NCBI RefSeq assembly: GCF_001194135.2
Contig: NC_068990.1
Coordinates: 64,177,023 to 64,241,022 of the forward strand
Source of the DNA: Octopus bimaculoides
Lineage: Eukaryota
Reading direction: 5' to 3'
DNA: 64,000 bases
Shown here: one piece after another, positions 1-13,800 of the stretch
How the letters are laid out: each line of letters begins with the position of its first letter
Numbering within the stretch: position 1 is the first letter of the stretch
The notes under the pieces: model-generated
What the model was told of the DNA's origin: nothing
Database searches by the model: none
Seen by the model: only the letters and a program-made list of their open reading frames with translations
Position numbers and translations under genes: made by a program

Positions 1-125
1 ACTAGCGAGACACTTGAAACTTAGAGTACCAAGGAGTTTGAATCCAGCTGTTTTGATCCATACATGTAACCCCTAATAAGATGTGTTATGTTCCCTACTT
101 TTGTTTGTCTACCCAGTTGTGTGTG

Positions 126-171
<46 letters not shown>

Positions 172-769
172 CATACATATATAGTATTGTGGTAGCTAAT
201 TTTATTCACACATACACACACGCACACATTGTTAACCTAAAATGTGTTTATGTGTATTTATCTCTGTGTGTACATGGTACATGTAGTCAAAACACTAAAA
301 AAGATCTGTTTATTTCGTTTGTAATTTTAGTAAATATAACTGAACATTAGCCGTTTCTGTCTATGTAAATGTGTATGCAGACATAAATATTTGTGTGTAC
401 ATGTGAGTATGTGTACATGCATAAATGTATGTTGTGTTATGTGAATGTATGTGAGTGTATATTTGTTATTGCCTTCATAGCAACAGTAATTTGAAACAAT
501 GACACTTGGAAAATTGAAAATTCCAATTAGTAAAAAAGCTAAAATAATGTATTAGATGTCACATTGTCAATACCTGTGTAATGATATTGATAGCCTTGTT
601 TATTTATGTGACACTCAGACATCACATCTATGTCATTAGATTACTATAATAATTACTGTATCTACTAGATATTTCCAAATTAAAATATCTCATTTATGTA
701 GCTTAGACAGGTACTGCTGTAGAAGTAATAATGTTGGCTGGAAACCTGTTAACATCCAAATAAAAATAG

Positions 770-960
770 ATGTGCTGGTGCCATGTATAAAGCACCCAGC
801 ACACTTTATAAAGTAAAGGGTTGGCATTAAGAAAGGCATCTAGCTGTAGAAACCCAGCTAAATCAGACTGGAGCCTGGTGCAGCTCTCCTGCTTACCAGC
901 TCTGGTCATACTGTCTGATCCATGCCAGTATGGAAAACGGACATTTAATGATGATGATGG
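770..960 (+). mobile_element. RTE-LINE 3' tail fragment with (GAT/GGT)n tail extending to ~1120
   Basis: ggttggcattaagaaaggcatctagctgtagaaac...ccatgccagtatggaaaacggacatttaatgatgatg; same tail as the RT-coding copy at 58.8-60 kb. Confidence 0.75.
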
Positions 961-1765
961 TGGTGGTCGTCGTCGTTGTTGTCGTGGTCATCGTTGTCAT
1001 CATCGTGGCTGTCATGGTCATGGTGGTGGTGTTGTTGTTGTTGTTGGTGGTGATGATGATAGCAAGGATGATAGTGAGGATGGTAGTGGTGATTGTGGAG
1101 GTGATGATGATGATGATGTGCCTCACAATGTGAATCCCATTCTTTGGTGCAGCAGCCAGTGAAGAAGATCCTTAAATAAATATAATAGCCATGTTTCCCT
1201 CCAGAAAACTCTCTAACCTCCTTGAAATGAAGGCCGTGTATTTTAAGTGTTAAATATTAGGGTCACATTTATGTGTTAAATATTAGGCTGGGCATGACTA
1301 GAAAACTGCTCAGACAATAACGCTTGAATCCTAAACTAACTCACTGAATAACACTCATTCTCAACATTCCAGTCTTAGAGATTGGGATGCTGAGCATGTA
1401 TGTTTTTTTAAAGAGTAACTCTTGTAACATATATTTTGGATGATGCATACAGAGCTATGTAAAACAAACAAAAAATCAATAAGCACAACAATGGTCATTT
1501 GACAATTGTCTTGGTATAGGTGTAGCAATGTAGGCAAATGAAACAGTCCTCCTACCCCGTCCCTGCTAAACTGAGATCAATATTTGTTGAAAGGTGTGCA
1601 GGAACAGTTATCATGCATAAACCATTGAAATTGTTAACTAATATCCCATTCAATTACTGGACAATTTGTATTTAACTACATTTCACCTATCAATTGATCA
1701 GTGTTTTTCAGACTTTGTCTTTTATCATAATAGAATGGAGCTTTGATTACTTCTTTATCCCCCAG

Positions 1766-1916
1766 GGTGTCTCTTGGACAACAGTGCGTTATATGATTGG
1801 AGAAGTACAGTACGGTGGGCGCGTGACTGATGATTATGATAAACGTCTATTGAACACATATGCTAAAGTCTGGTTCTGCGAATCAATACTGTTGGATTCA
1901 TTCAACTTTTACACTG
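1766..1916 (+). CDS. DNAH5: Dynein heavy chain exon ([37 protein letters not shown]...FYT-G)
   Basis: Acceptor ttctttatcccccag, donor G|gtaatg; dynein YGGRVTDD motif. Confidence 0.95.
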
Positions 1917-2554
1917 GTAATGACTTTCATTCTCTCTTATTTTACATTCTCAATATATTTCTTGTTTTCTTTTCCTTTTAAGTTTCATCTCCTGAATGCA
2001 ACTGAAGAAATCTACACCAGATTCTTTACAGTATTTTATGTTTGGCTTTGCATTTTTTTTTTCTTTTTATTTAAACCATACAAAATCTTGCTTCTCTTTT
2101 CATGTTACTGGCTCAAGAAAACAGTATCATATTCTGTAGGTCAGCATCAAAATTTTAATTATAAAACTGCTGAGTACAAAATCCTCATTGCCTAGAACCA
2201 TATCAGTTCTCCTATGAGCTTTTCTCTCTTTCGAATAAGTATTATATGCCTTGTGATTTATTTCTCCTGACAACCCCATAAGCCCAAATGACAAAATGAC
2301 CTGTCTTCTAACATATGCCTGAAAACATTTAAGAGATTTGCTAATAAACACCTTTTGTGAATAAACAATTCCCTGAATTTCAAGATTTCTATATAAAAAT
2401 GATAAAGAAGTTTTTAAATTAATATAGAAACATAATTTTCAAAATTTCTATATAATTTTCAGCAATAAATACAAATAAATATTGTCTAAGTTGCTGTAAA
2501 ATTAAAACAAAATGAAATGTGAATTTAGAAATGTTCCTCTATACATTACAACAA

Positions 2555-2785
2555 TGAGTCTTCCAGTTAATCTGATCAACAGAACAGCCTGCTTGTGAAA
2601 TTAATGTGCAAGTGACTGAGTACTCAAGAAACATGTGTCCCCTTAACATAGTTCTCAAGGCGATTCATTGTGAAATAAAATGTGACAAGACTGGCCCGTT
2701 CAATTATAGGTACACTCTATCAGGAATCGAACTTACAACCTTATAATCATGAGCTGAACACCCCTAACCACAAAGCCATATGCTT
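2555..2785 (-). mobile_element. tRNA-headed SINE (family C-like head)
   Basis: Reverse-strand A/B-box-like head at ~2725-2785; body homologous to 40125-40290. Confidence 0.55.
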
Positions 2786-3216
2786 TCTCTAAGTACTGTA
2801 TAATGAGCTTTAAAAAAGCTGAATAACGTAAAATATGGATACATACAGCAAAGAATAAAATCCTTAATGATAAAATAAAACTTATCTAAAAATTTGCATT
2901 TTATAAAACAGCCATGTTATCTATTGGAAAACTATGCATATGTTGTTATTTCCAATCAGGAAAGCTCTGATTGAGTAAATTTACAATCAAAGGCATTTCA
3001 GCTATAAACACCCTGCACTTCTTTTTCAAGGCATAGTGTATCTGGGACTGTATCACCCAATGTCTCCTTCATTATTCTTTAATGATAATAAAGCAGAATA
3101 GCTGCTAATTTTAACAAGATATGTAATCATATATCAGTCACTTCCTCATTTATGTACAATTTTACTTGGTGAGTGGCACATGTCACATACTGTTTTCATG
3201 TGGCATATGTCACTTA

Positions 3217-4092
3217 TGAGGTGGTACCAAAAAGTTCCTGAACTAGTTCTGTAGCATACCAACAGATGGCAGCACACAGTTGCATATACAGTGAGAGTTA
3301 ACAGTAACCTTCATGCTGCAGTGTGCCAAGCGACATCACTGTGTTTACTTCACAAGTTGTGAAATTTGTGTTTTTGTGATCATGTGATTGCTGTAGTCTG
3401 TAATTTTTATCATGGACAGGAACAAAGAGCCGACATGAAATTCTGTGTTAAACTTAGGAAGTCTGCTACAGAGACATTGAGCATACTTTGGCAAACTTAT
3501 GGCAACTAGGCAAAGGGTCATACACAATGTTTTTAGTGACACAGATGCTTCAAAAGTGGAAGAACATCCCTAGAAGGCAATGAACAATCTGGAAGACCTG
3601 CCACATGCATCATCCCCAGTAATATGGTATTGTGCATCGAGAATTCATCCCCCAGGGCCAGACTGTCAATCAAGAGTTCTACTGTGATGTTTTGAAGCAT
3701 TTGAGGGAGGACATTTGGCAAAAGCAACCAGAACTGTGGAGCGCAAAGAATTGGATTCTTTACCGAACTCTCCTCATTCATGAGTTTCTTACCAAAAAAC
3801 AACATGGTATCACTCCTGCACTTACCCTGTTAGCCAGATTCAGCACTATAGACTTCTATCTCTTCCACAAGATGAAAATGCAGCTCAAAGGCCTCCATTT
3901 TAACACCATTGTTGAAATCCAGAGTAAATTGCAAGTCCACTACTTACTTATGGAAAATGACTTCCAGGCCAGATTCAAAAAGTAGGAAGAACACTGGGAC
4001 CGGTGAATAGCTGTGCAAGGGTGACTATTTCAAAGAAGATGACGTTAAAACTTATTTTTTGTTGAACATAACTAGTCTGAGATACCACCTTG
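3217..4092 (+). mobile_element. Internally deleted mariner transposon
   Basis: TA-flanked imperfect TIRs (tgaggtggtacc / gataccaccttg). Remnants EQRA.MKFCVKLRKSATETL and HREFIPQGQTVNQEFYCDVLKHL...DFYLFHKMK...GDYF. Confidence 0.85.
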
Positions 4093-4607
4093 TATACTCT
4101 TTACAACAATTTTTATTGGTTATACTTTCCATATTTACTGGCCACTGGTGTGTTTTCATTACTGGGTATGTTCCTGGAGGAGGTATATTTAAAAAACAAT
4201 TTATGTTCTTTATTTCTATTTAATTTGAAATCTAAAATTTTGGTATTCTTAACATTTATTACATAAATGTTTTCCTCTTTAATTTCCTTTTCACTACAAC
4301 AGAAATCAGAAATATTTATGTCTGTCATTTATAGGAAAATTAGAAGTTCTTTTTTTTTTCTTCCTTTTGCATTATTTTGAATATCCTCTTACACAAAAAT
4401 CTTAAATTCATTTTTGGAATTTGGTGTTGTTGGTGTGGTTAATAGAATTTTCTTGAAATAATAGAAAAGTAACCAGCTGTAATAACAGAAAAGTAATAAC
4501 ATGAGAAATACTCATTCTGATTGGAGTACTGAGTACTCTTATTTATTTATTTACTTTTTGCTTATATGCAGTTTGTATATTTCATTTTTATGTACATGTA
4601 TGCGCGC

Positions 4608-4669
<62 letters not shown>

Positions 4670-5000
4670 ATAGTCAATCCAAAAAGACAAAAAACAAACA
4701 CAAAAAGCAATAACGCGAGGACGTGGTACATGTAAAGTATTAGCAGACACTCAGGGAAGGAAAGAAAGATGGTTTTACATTTCAAGCCAAATACATGTAT
4801 ATGTATGAATGAACGTATGTATGTATGTATGTATGTATGCATGCATGCATGCATGTATCAATCTGTGTATATCTATCAACCAATCTATCTATTTATTTTT
4901 CTATCAATATATATTTTTTTACGCACACACATATATGGAGGTGGGTGTAACCATCTTTTTCCAGTCTTTTTATTTTTCCATCACCTTTTCTCTTTCCTTT

Positions 5001-5042
5001 ATATTCTCTGATGAAGCACCAGTGTCCAAAATGTCAAGATAT
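5001..5042 (+). ncRNA. Degenerate hammerhead-like motif
   Basis: CUGAUGA-A-GCAC(cagu)GUCC-AAAAU-GUC-AAGA; GAAAC decayed to AAAAU and one stem II mismatch; downstream sequence resembles the 34.6 kb module. Confidence 0.4.
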
Positions 5043-6289
5043 CCTTCTTTTTAAGCATTAAACTAATACAACCTTTGTTAAAACTTTTCCCTCCTGTACT
5101 GTCTTCTTTCTGTGTTCATTGCCAAATACATATGTACACATGTAATTAAGTACATTAGGATTTCTCCTCCTAGTTTTAACCAAACAAGTCAACTCACAAG
5201 TTAGTGAGGTTTGATTTTGGAGTTTTCCATTCTCCTAGATGAATGTTTTGAATAGAACTAGAGGTCTTTTACTCCTAGTCATTTTACTGCATGCTCAGTC
5301 ACAAATTCAAACATTTCTGTTTCCTCTCATTGACTCTACTTGGGATACATCAATCTATTTTATAGGATTTGTCTTTGTTCTGCTTAGTCTTTAGCAAGCT
5401 AGTGAGTTGCTGGTTTAGTTACCAATGACCAAATTATGTAACAGGTGGCACTGGACCATTTGTTATTCATAGAACCAAATACAAACCTGATATAAACCTA
5501 AAACCTGTGGTGATACTTCTGTCAGTTATCTTGGTCTTTTTTTTGTTACTGAGTCATCGTAGCTGTATTCAACTACAATAGTTGGAGAGTGGTATTCATA
5601 TTGTATAAGAGTCTCTCACAATATGCACTTGGACTTTCCAACATAACAAGCACTTTATGCATTTCATACCTTATGCTTCTCATAACCAGTATTTTCTAAT
5701 ATTTCCGTAGTTGCACAAAACTAACGTTATTCGAACTGGTCTTTCAAAGTCCTTTTATAGTGGATATGCTGCACTGTATACAGAGTCAAAGAGTTGAAAC
5801 TTGCACAATACCTGGCATGATAAAGTGGCAGGGAGATGTCTTGAATTGGAGCTTTCTTATTTAAGAAAAGCACTGCTCACTCGAATATAGAAGTATATTG
5901 TGTGTGTGGGCATAGGTGTATTTGTACGAAACAGTAATATAGATTCATTACAGCCAACTTTGCCAGTCAGTTTCAACCATCGTGGCACTCATCAGAAGTG
6001 CTGGTAGGAAGAGTATGGACATGGACGTTTGCCACTGGAGGTTAAGAAGTGTTACATCCAATTCATGGATGTTGTGAAAAACTACAACATCCACAAATCA
6101 AGCCCCTCTGTTGAGTGGAGTGCTAAGATTGTATTTTTCGTTTTTCCAAAACTTACATGTATGAAACCAATTGGTAAAACTGGTTGAAATGGAATCTGTA
6201 GTGCTGTTATGTATATGATGATGGACTCTCCAGTCAAAGACAATGTATGAGTGTTCATCTTTTGCTAAACATTCTGCACAAATGATTTT

Positions 6290-6520
6290 TTTTATAGTGA
6301 TCAAATGTATGTGCTGTACATTAAGCTCACTCTCACCATCAAATCAATGCTGTCCAAACAGGTGCACAGTGTCTGATGCATCAGGCATCGAAGTGATCAC
6401 AGAGCCATGTGAGGTGAAGTGCTTTGCTCAGGAACATAATGCACCACTAGTCTAGGAATTGAAACTACAATTTCATGATCATGAGTGCAACACACTTACC
6501 ATTAGGCCATGCACCTTCAC
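6290..6520 (-). mobile_element. tRNA-headed SINE (family C variant)
   Basis: Homologous along its length to 34105-34360. Confidence 0.65.
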
Positions 6521-6559
6521 TATATATATATATATATGTTTATATATATCTACACTCTC

Positions 6560-6712
6560 GGAGTGGTTGGCATTAGGAAGGCATCCAGCTGTAGAAACTC
6601 TGCCAAATCAGATTGGAGCCTGGTGTAGCCATCTGGTTTCACCAGTCCTCAGTCAAATCGTCCAACCCATGCTAGCATGGAAAGCAGACGTTAAGTGATG
6701 ATGATGATGATA
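6560..6712 (+). mobile_element. RTE-LINE 3' tail
   Basis: ggagtggttggcattaggaaggcatccagctgtagaaactctgcc...gacgttaagtgatgatgatg. Confidence 0.75.
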
Positions 6713-6814
6713 CATATGCACATATATATATATTTTAATATACCAAATGGAGAAATATGCAAGTGCCTGTTTTTTTTTTTTCCTGACTCATTGATTCTTA
6801 GACAACTGTATATA

Positions 6815-8091
6815 CAGAGTGCAAGAGGTATTTGAAGACACTCAACTATCAATGTGTTACACCCTTCAAATCAATTGGGTCTTTAATTTCTTTCAGATTT
6901 TCCACCCCACCCCCTCTCATGGCAGATAAAATGTTAACACAAGAAAAGAAAAGACATGTAGTCATTATTGTAATATATGCAGAACACAGCAATTCAGAAA
7001 TTGCAAACTTTCTAAATGCTGCAAGATTTTTTTCTACACAAAGTTTTGATGGAACTGAAAGCCTCTGGCAGGAATGTTTCAACTGTTTGAAAGAGAAGAA
7101 AAAGTATTTTAAACATTTAGCCACTATAAGGACACCGTAATTCATCCGATGAGTTCAAAGTATTATTGATTATGATCCCAGAAAATCAATGAGGACCATT
7201 GCCAAAGAGCTTCAGGTGTTTCAGAGGACTGTCAAGTCTGTGGTACACAAAGACATTTGATGCAAGTTATATATACTGAAGTGAAGCTTGTTCATGTCTA
7301 TAAAGATACATGGAAACTGTTTGATCTATGCCAAGCAGTTCACAAGATTAGAAACCATAGTGAACTTGATATACTTTGGTTCTTCTCTGATGAGGAAAAC
7401 TTTGACCAAGGCCGGAAGTCTAATAGTAGAACTGACAAATGGTTACATGCAAATTCTTCTGATGTCCCCACACTGATGTACACTATATTTCCAATAAGTG
7501 TGATGGTTTTAGGAATGGTGATTAAGAAAGGTCATGTCATGCAGCCTCACATCATTTCACAGAGTCTTAGAATTAATACTGCAGAGATGTTGAGGTGCTA
7601 GAGACAGTTGTTATGCCTTGTATGGATGAAGTACTAAGTTGAAGGCCATATGTTTTTCAACAAGACTTAGCACCTTCCCCTAAAACCCATGTAACCCAAG
7701 AATGGACGTCAGGCAATCTTTATGATCATGTAACACCAAATTTGTGGCCTCCAAACTCATAAGATTTAAACCCTATGAATTACTGCATTTGAAGCATTGA
7801 TGAAAGTAAAACTAATTGACATTCTTATCATTCCGTAGCTTCTTCGAATGTGGTGTCCAAAATGAATAAGGACCATTTAGTGCAAGTATGTCAATGACTC
7901 CAGGACTATACTGGAGCAGTCGTTGGAGTAAAGAGAAATTCATAGACTAACATTATAAGAAAGCTTATCAAGAACATGTGCACAAATTTTTATTTGCACA
8001 AATTTTTATTAAAATACACTTGCTTTTTGCTAGATTAGAGTTATTTTATTAAATTACCAAGTCTATCTTCAACTACTTCTTATACCCTCTG
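6815..8091 (+). mobile_element. Decayed DD37D (maT) Tc1/mariner transposon, ~1.28 kb
   Basis: cagag-starting imperfect TIRs. Motifs WFFSDEENFD, VFQQDLAP, WPPNS*DLNPMN with 37 residues between the 2nd and 3rd catalytic positions. Stops and frameshifts present. Confidence 0.85.
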
Positions 8092-10141
8092 TGTGCGTGT
8101 ATGTGTGTGACCTTTATACAGCACTTAAGATGTACAACCATATTTAAATTTCATGGATATGCATCCTTCCCATTTCTTCAGGCACAATAAAGAAAATTGT
8201 GTACATATGTATAGTGTTCAGTAACAATTTCAGTCATAGAAAAATATAAAAGAATGAAGTGTAAATTGTGGCATATAAGCTGAATTTTTAAGTTTAAAAA
8301 ATATTTCCAAAACTATGGTTCAATAGATGCATTGACTGCAAACTAGAAACCTTTACCAGAGAATGGTAAACAAGTAGAACAGCTAGTCTAACACTTGCTG
8401 TGTGCTTACATAATGTAACTGAACCAGACTGCCAATAATATTTCCTAGTAAAACACATGTTTGGTAAACTTCTTTAATTCATTTATCATTGATTGTAATA
8501 AAATTTTAATAAAAATTCAGTATAAATAAATGCACACACTACACGATATGCTATTACAAACAGCTGATACCCAATAAATTATAATCAGAACAGCAGCAAT
8601 GACAGACAGCAGCCAAATAACTATGATATGAGTGTCATTTATGGTTTTTATGATAGTACAGTATTTTTAGTCTATGTTTTAGTTTCCTGTTACAACACAA
8701 AATTATGCATCTTCATTAAGCAAAAACGCCATACACTTTTAAAACTTCTACTTTCATCTAACTTGAGTACCAAACACTACTTTAGATAACCATATAGACA
8801 TTTTTATAGTTTAAGTTGATCTAACTTTCTAAGTACCACACATTTGATAGCATATCAGGCATACAAGCTTATAAAATCACCTCAGTTTTGGAAGACCCTT
8901 TCATGCCAGTAACTCTAACTCTGAACTTGTATCTATAAGATGCTGTTTGATTTTGTAGAACATTTAAATGTCGAGCAATGTGATTGAGTGCTCAACACTG
9001 TATTGGTGGAGAAATATTCTTTATTTGTGCATTAAAGCTACCATTGGTTTCATGTTGACATAATATCATAATGTCTTAATTTTTCAAGCCAATTACATGG
9101 AGGAATGGTATTTTTGGTGGAGATGAACATCATTCCACCATGTGAGTGGCTTGAACAATTAAGATATTAAGATATTTTCTAAACATAAAACCAACAGTAG
9201 TCTAGATACACAAATAAAGTGTGTGTGTGTGTTTGTTTCCACATATGTTCTTTATCCCCCACCATTGATTGACAACTGGTGTTGGTGTGTTTATGTTCTC
9301 ATAACTTAGTGGTTCAGCAAAAGTGGGTGATAGAATATGTACTAGGCTTTAAAACATAAGTACTGTGGGTCGATTCATTCAACTAAAATTTTTTGAGGCG
9401 GTGTATGTGTGTATGTATGATGTATCTATCTATATATATATCTATCTACATGCACATATATATACATACCTGCACATATATGTGCTTGCATATCTGAGTG
9501 TGTATCTGTATAATCACATGCACACTCACACATATAAATACACATGTATATATCACATACAATGCACAAACACATCATATACTAAGATGTTATAATTTCT
9601 GTGCTTCAAACTTATTATTAAAGGTATGTGGGGAAGAGGGTAAAGGAGCTTACCATTCTTTGTAGGAAATAATTTTTATCTAATTTTCCTTGCTGCTTTT
9701 ATTGGATATATTTTTAGATTATAAAATTAACTATTATATCTTCGACAATAAAAGATAGCTTTTCTCTTTTCTGTTGTTCCAATGTAATGTGCTTACACTT
9801 ATTATTTCTGATTACACCTCTCTACTTCCTGTTAATTTGAAGGTGTTATGGGAATCAGAATCAAAAGCAGTTCATCTGATAAGAAAGACACATGTACTTT
9901 CTATTGTGAAGAAGGTTGTTTGGTGTACAAGCAATTACTCTTGTAACTTTGGCAGTTGTTTCTATTATTTCCAAATATCATTCTGATTGATTGACTTCTA
10001 TGTTTAGAGGAGCAATTAAATTTTCTATTTTGTCTTATAATTGCAAAGCAAATACTGCTTCATTTAGCGTTTATGGGACAAATTTTAACAAATCTGCGTG
10101 TGAGTGTGTGTGTTAGCAGCCCTCTTCACTAAGTACAACTA

Positions 10142-11407
10142 CAGGGTGCGATGGGTAAATTATCACCATTTCATATTTCTAATTTCGTGCATGCACATTG
10201 TCTATTTTTGATTTTGTTGACTATACAGAATAGTAGAGTTAGTTGGGCACCATCTGTGAGAAAAACAGCAGCATGATGCAATTCACTCTGCCAGAAATTT
10301 GGAAACGACATGTTGTGCTTCTTGGCATTCGTGCTAGAAGCTCCAGTACAAACAATTCAGAGTGTTTGGCTGTCAATCTGAGGACAGTGCAGAAGATTTG
10401 GAATGAGCTGGATGAGTCTAATGATGATTATGAAGGTACGGCAGTTCGGAAAACTCACTCTAATCATTCTGATAAGAAAAGAACTGGTGAGATCCAGACC
10501 ATGATTGACAACGATCCCTCCAAGTCAATCAGGACTATTGCCAGGAACATGGAAGTGTCTAAGTTTCTTACCAGGCAGGTAGTACGTGAAGACATTCAGT
10601 GTTCCTCATGCGAGATGAGAAAGGGACAATTTTTATCCCAAGCCATTACAGACAAGAAGAAAGACTGCACTATGAAGCTTTTGAGCAAACTCAAGCATCT
10701 TCTCCAACTGAACATGCTTTTGTTTTTCTCAGACGAGATCTGCCAGGTTGAACACACAGAACAACCATTGGCTTGTTGTATTCCCAGAAAATGTACTGAG
10801 AGTGATAAAAATCAAATATCCAATCAACATCATGGTGTTTGGAGGGATCGCTAGTGATGGTGACAGTGTGGCTCCATTCATCTTCCTACATGGCCTCAGA
10901 CTCAGCTCGGAGGCCTACACCAAGTGCCTGGAGAAGGTAGTGCTGTCCTGGGTCAAGAGGGTGGCTGTTGAAAGACCCTATTCTGGCAACAGGACTCTGC
11001 ACCATGCCACACAAGCAGGAGAACCCAGTCATGGCTGTCAGACAATTTCTGGCACCATATCACTCTTAACATCTGGTCACCTAACTCCCCAGACTGCTAC
11101 CGTCTTGATTATTATGCATGAGGTGCAGTTGAGTGAGAGACCTCCAGAATTCCTTATCACACCAAAGATGAACTGAAGGCAAGGATTATGGCAGCATTCA
11201 CCAACTTAAACAAGAAGAGTTGCAGGAGATTCTGTAGTCGTCGGGAGGCCATGATTGAAGCCAATGGCGATTTTATTGAATAAATTTATTCTTTAGTATT
11301 TCAAGATATTTTTATGTAATTTTGGTAAATATATCTGCTAAAATGAGATGTCAGTATTATTTTTGTTTTTGCATAAATTTACATGACAATTTATTGAGTA
11401 CACCCTG
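10142..11407 (+). mobile_element. Decayed DD37D (maT) transposon, ~1.27 kb
   Basis: TA|cagggtg...caccctg|TA ends. ORFs 10243-10854 and 10748-11176 plus frameshifted WQQDSAPCH-...-WSPNSPDCYRLD (D-37-D counted). Confidence 0.88.
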
Positions 11408-11654
11408 TATTTGCATGGTGGTATCATCAGTGACTAAACCAGTTCCCCCAACAAAGCTAATGAGCTGAGGAGGGTTGATAGAAATGCAGCAGGATGAAAA
11501 TCATTTCCTGTCAAAAAGACACATGAACCTATTATAGGGTCAACAATTATCCAGCAATCGTGCAAGGACATAGTAACACTCATTAAATGGAATGAGTATG
11601 CCACAAAAACACCTTGGAATGATGGATCCCTATTCCTTATTAGCGAGACTAAGA

Positions 11655-11968
11655 CAGTGGTTCTCAACTGGGGTCCATATGACCCCTCAGGGTACATATA
11701 AGATTTTCTGGAGTCCACGCAAGCAAAATAGTAAATTGGGTTCACAGAGAGTATATTTTTAAGGGTCCATGAAAAAGTTTTGCTTTATATGTATTTGTTG
11801 CAAGAAACAGCTAGATTTCTTGTTCTAATGTTTTGCGAAAAACAAAATAAGAATTTTGAAAGAAGAAGCTATAAAACTAGTTTTTAAACAATTAGAGGCT
11901 ATGGGGGTCCACAAGAATGGAATAGTAATCAAAGGGGTCAACAGATAAAAAAAAATTGAGAACCACTG
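11655..11968. mobile_element. hAT (Charlie-like) MITE
   Basis: 13-bp TIR cagtggttctcaa/ttgagaaccactg; 8-bp TSD gactaaga/gtctaaga. Confidence 0.85.
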
Positions 11969-12723
11969 GTCTAAGAGAATGACACTCTGATGTAAAACCT
12001 GAGATTCAGTCAGTGTCTGTCTATCTCAACCATTACTGAGCCACCAGGCAGAGAGCTGTTCTATCTAAAAAGTGAGTGCAGTTTTGCACATACTTCACTT
12101 TCTGTAATCAATTTCTCCCACACAGGGATTTGTTGAAAAGCACACTAAGGTTACTTCAAAGTCCTCTTGTAATAATGTCTAACGCAACATACAGGCTTGA
12201 CTAGTCAGAGATATGTAATTACAAACCTCTATATTGCCAGCTTAGGGTATTGATCACTTCTTTGTCAAACCATAGTGATAGACAGCTTCAGTGATTAGAT
12301 TCAATAACACCTCAAGTGATTGAGCATCCCTTTTCCAAGGATAGAACTGCTTACTTGTTAATCAAGAATTACCTAGAAAAGGTAGTCTAAACAAAGCTTG
12401 CCTAATTCTGGAACTGCAGCAGGTAGTTGTCCTCGTTTTACAAGCTGTCATAGTAACATTGAAGAAAATTATAACTTCCCAGGAAGTAATCATATTTAGA
12501 CATGAGTTAACTTCCACTATGCACACATACATAATACATACACACACACACACACACATTTGTTAAAACATGTCACTTCTGTGTTGTCTTCCTTTGATGC
12601 TCATTGCCTTAGCATATATGTACATGCATGTGTGTGTGTGTGTGTGTGTAGGTTATCAGTAGTTTATAAATACATAAAAAAAGTACATGCTAAAATATTA
12701 GAGCAGTAATATATGCTTTAAGA

Positions 12724-13106
12724 CAGTAGTGCTCAACCTGATGGTCCACGAAAGTAGTACTGGGGATCCATGAACTAAATTCAAAATTTCGTATATACAA
12801 ATATATATATATCTATCTATATATATGTTGTTGTACTTGGGGATGGTCATATTGCCAGTTTAGCCAATAAAAACACACGCACTGTATATTTGGTGTTAAT
12901 TTGCTTCAGCTTTATATTACATTAATCTTAATCTTATTTCGGCCAGAGTTCTTTCGTCACACTTCTGTGACCTCATCAGTGGTCCTTTGTTTCCTTCTTT
13001 CTTATGTGTGTCTCACCTTGCTAACTATCAGCCATTGATAGTTAGCAAGGTGAGACAAATATGTATGTATATATATATATATATATAATCTTGCAAAACA
13101 AATATG

Positions 13107-13190
<84 letters not shown>

Positions 13191-13270
13191 TAAGGATAAG
13201 CATATCAAAAGGAGTCCATGGGAAAACTCATATAAATAAAAGGGTTCGGAACCACTGCTGAGAACCACTG
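12724..13270. mobile_element. hAT (Charlie-like) MITE interrupted by a hammerhead-bearing module and (TA)n; doubled right end
   Basis: Left cagtagtgctcaacc; two tandem right ends ggaaccactg/gagaaccactg; TSD not clear. Confidence 0.6.
12941..12985 (-). ncRNA. Hammerhead-like motif, core intact, weak stems I/III
   Basis: Minus strand: GGACCA-CUGAUGA-G-GUCAC(agaagu)GUGAC-GAAA-G-aa-CUC^UGGCC. Confidence 0.6.
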
Positions 13271-13449
13271 TTGGAAACCATTGTGTAATGGTTGGGTACT
13301 AATGCTTTAGGAAGTTGAAAGTTATGGCCAGTGATAGTGACCATAGCAATCAACTTTCTAAAAATATACCAACACACACACACACGCATATTTATATATA
13401 ATAAAATAAATTCCATACAAGATAGATTCTAGATTTGTTGAAATTATCT

Positions 13450-13800
13450 TTTTTCCTGAACATCTTACTTCCCTTGGCATGGGCACATTAAAGTTCCAGC
13501 ATCTAGCAACTGACTTGGTATTCACTCACAAAATTATCCACCATCTTTCCAACAACAATCTTGGGCACTCTTTTGAATTCCATACATCTAACATTCCTGG
13601 ACATACTTACAAATTCAAAAAACAACACAGCACCCATGACTTTCAGAAACATTTTTTCATGCCCAGAATTGCTGAAGCAGGGAATTATCAATTTGCATCT
13701 GTTGATAGCTATCAGAACACTACATCCTTCAAAACATCCATGCTTCCTGAAATTCGCCAACAGTACACTTGATTTTATTTCACCCCTATCTTTTGTTTCT
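13450..13800 (+). mobile_element. CR1-clade LINE 3' coding remnant
   Basis: ORF 13479-13772: DLVFTHKII...GHTYKFKK...KHFFMPRIAEAGN...SFK resembles the CR1/L2 ORF2 C-terminus. Confidence 0.7.

Noticed and set aside
1694-1981. Standalone small genes from ORFs 1694-1981, 44021-44257 and 49701-49886
   Set aside because: They are dynein exons read through into intron sequence
10243-11176. Potentially active transposase
   Set aside because: Split over at least three frames with degenerate TIRs; the other three large Tc1/mariner copies are also disrupted
13009-13057. Call as a bona fide miRNA gene
   Set aside because: A perfect 22-bp stem with a 5-nt loop inside a repeat cassette is shorter and more perfect than typical pre-miRNAs; no read evidence
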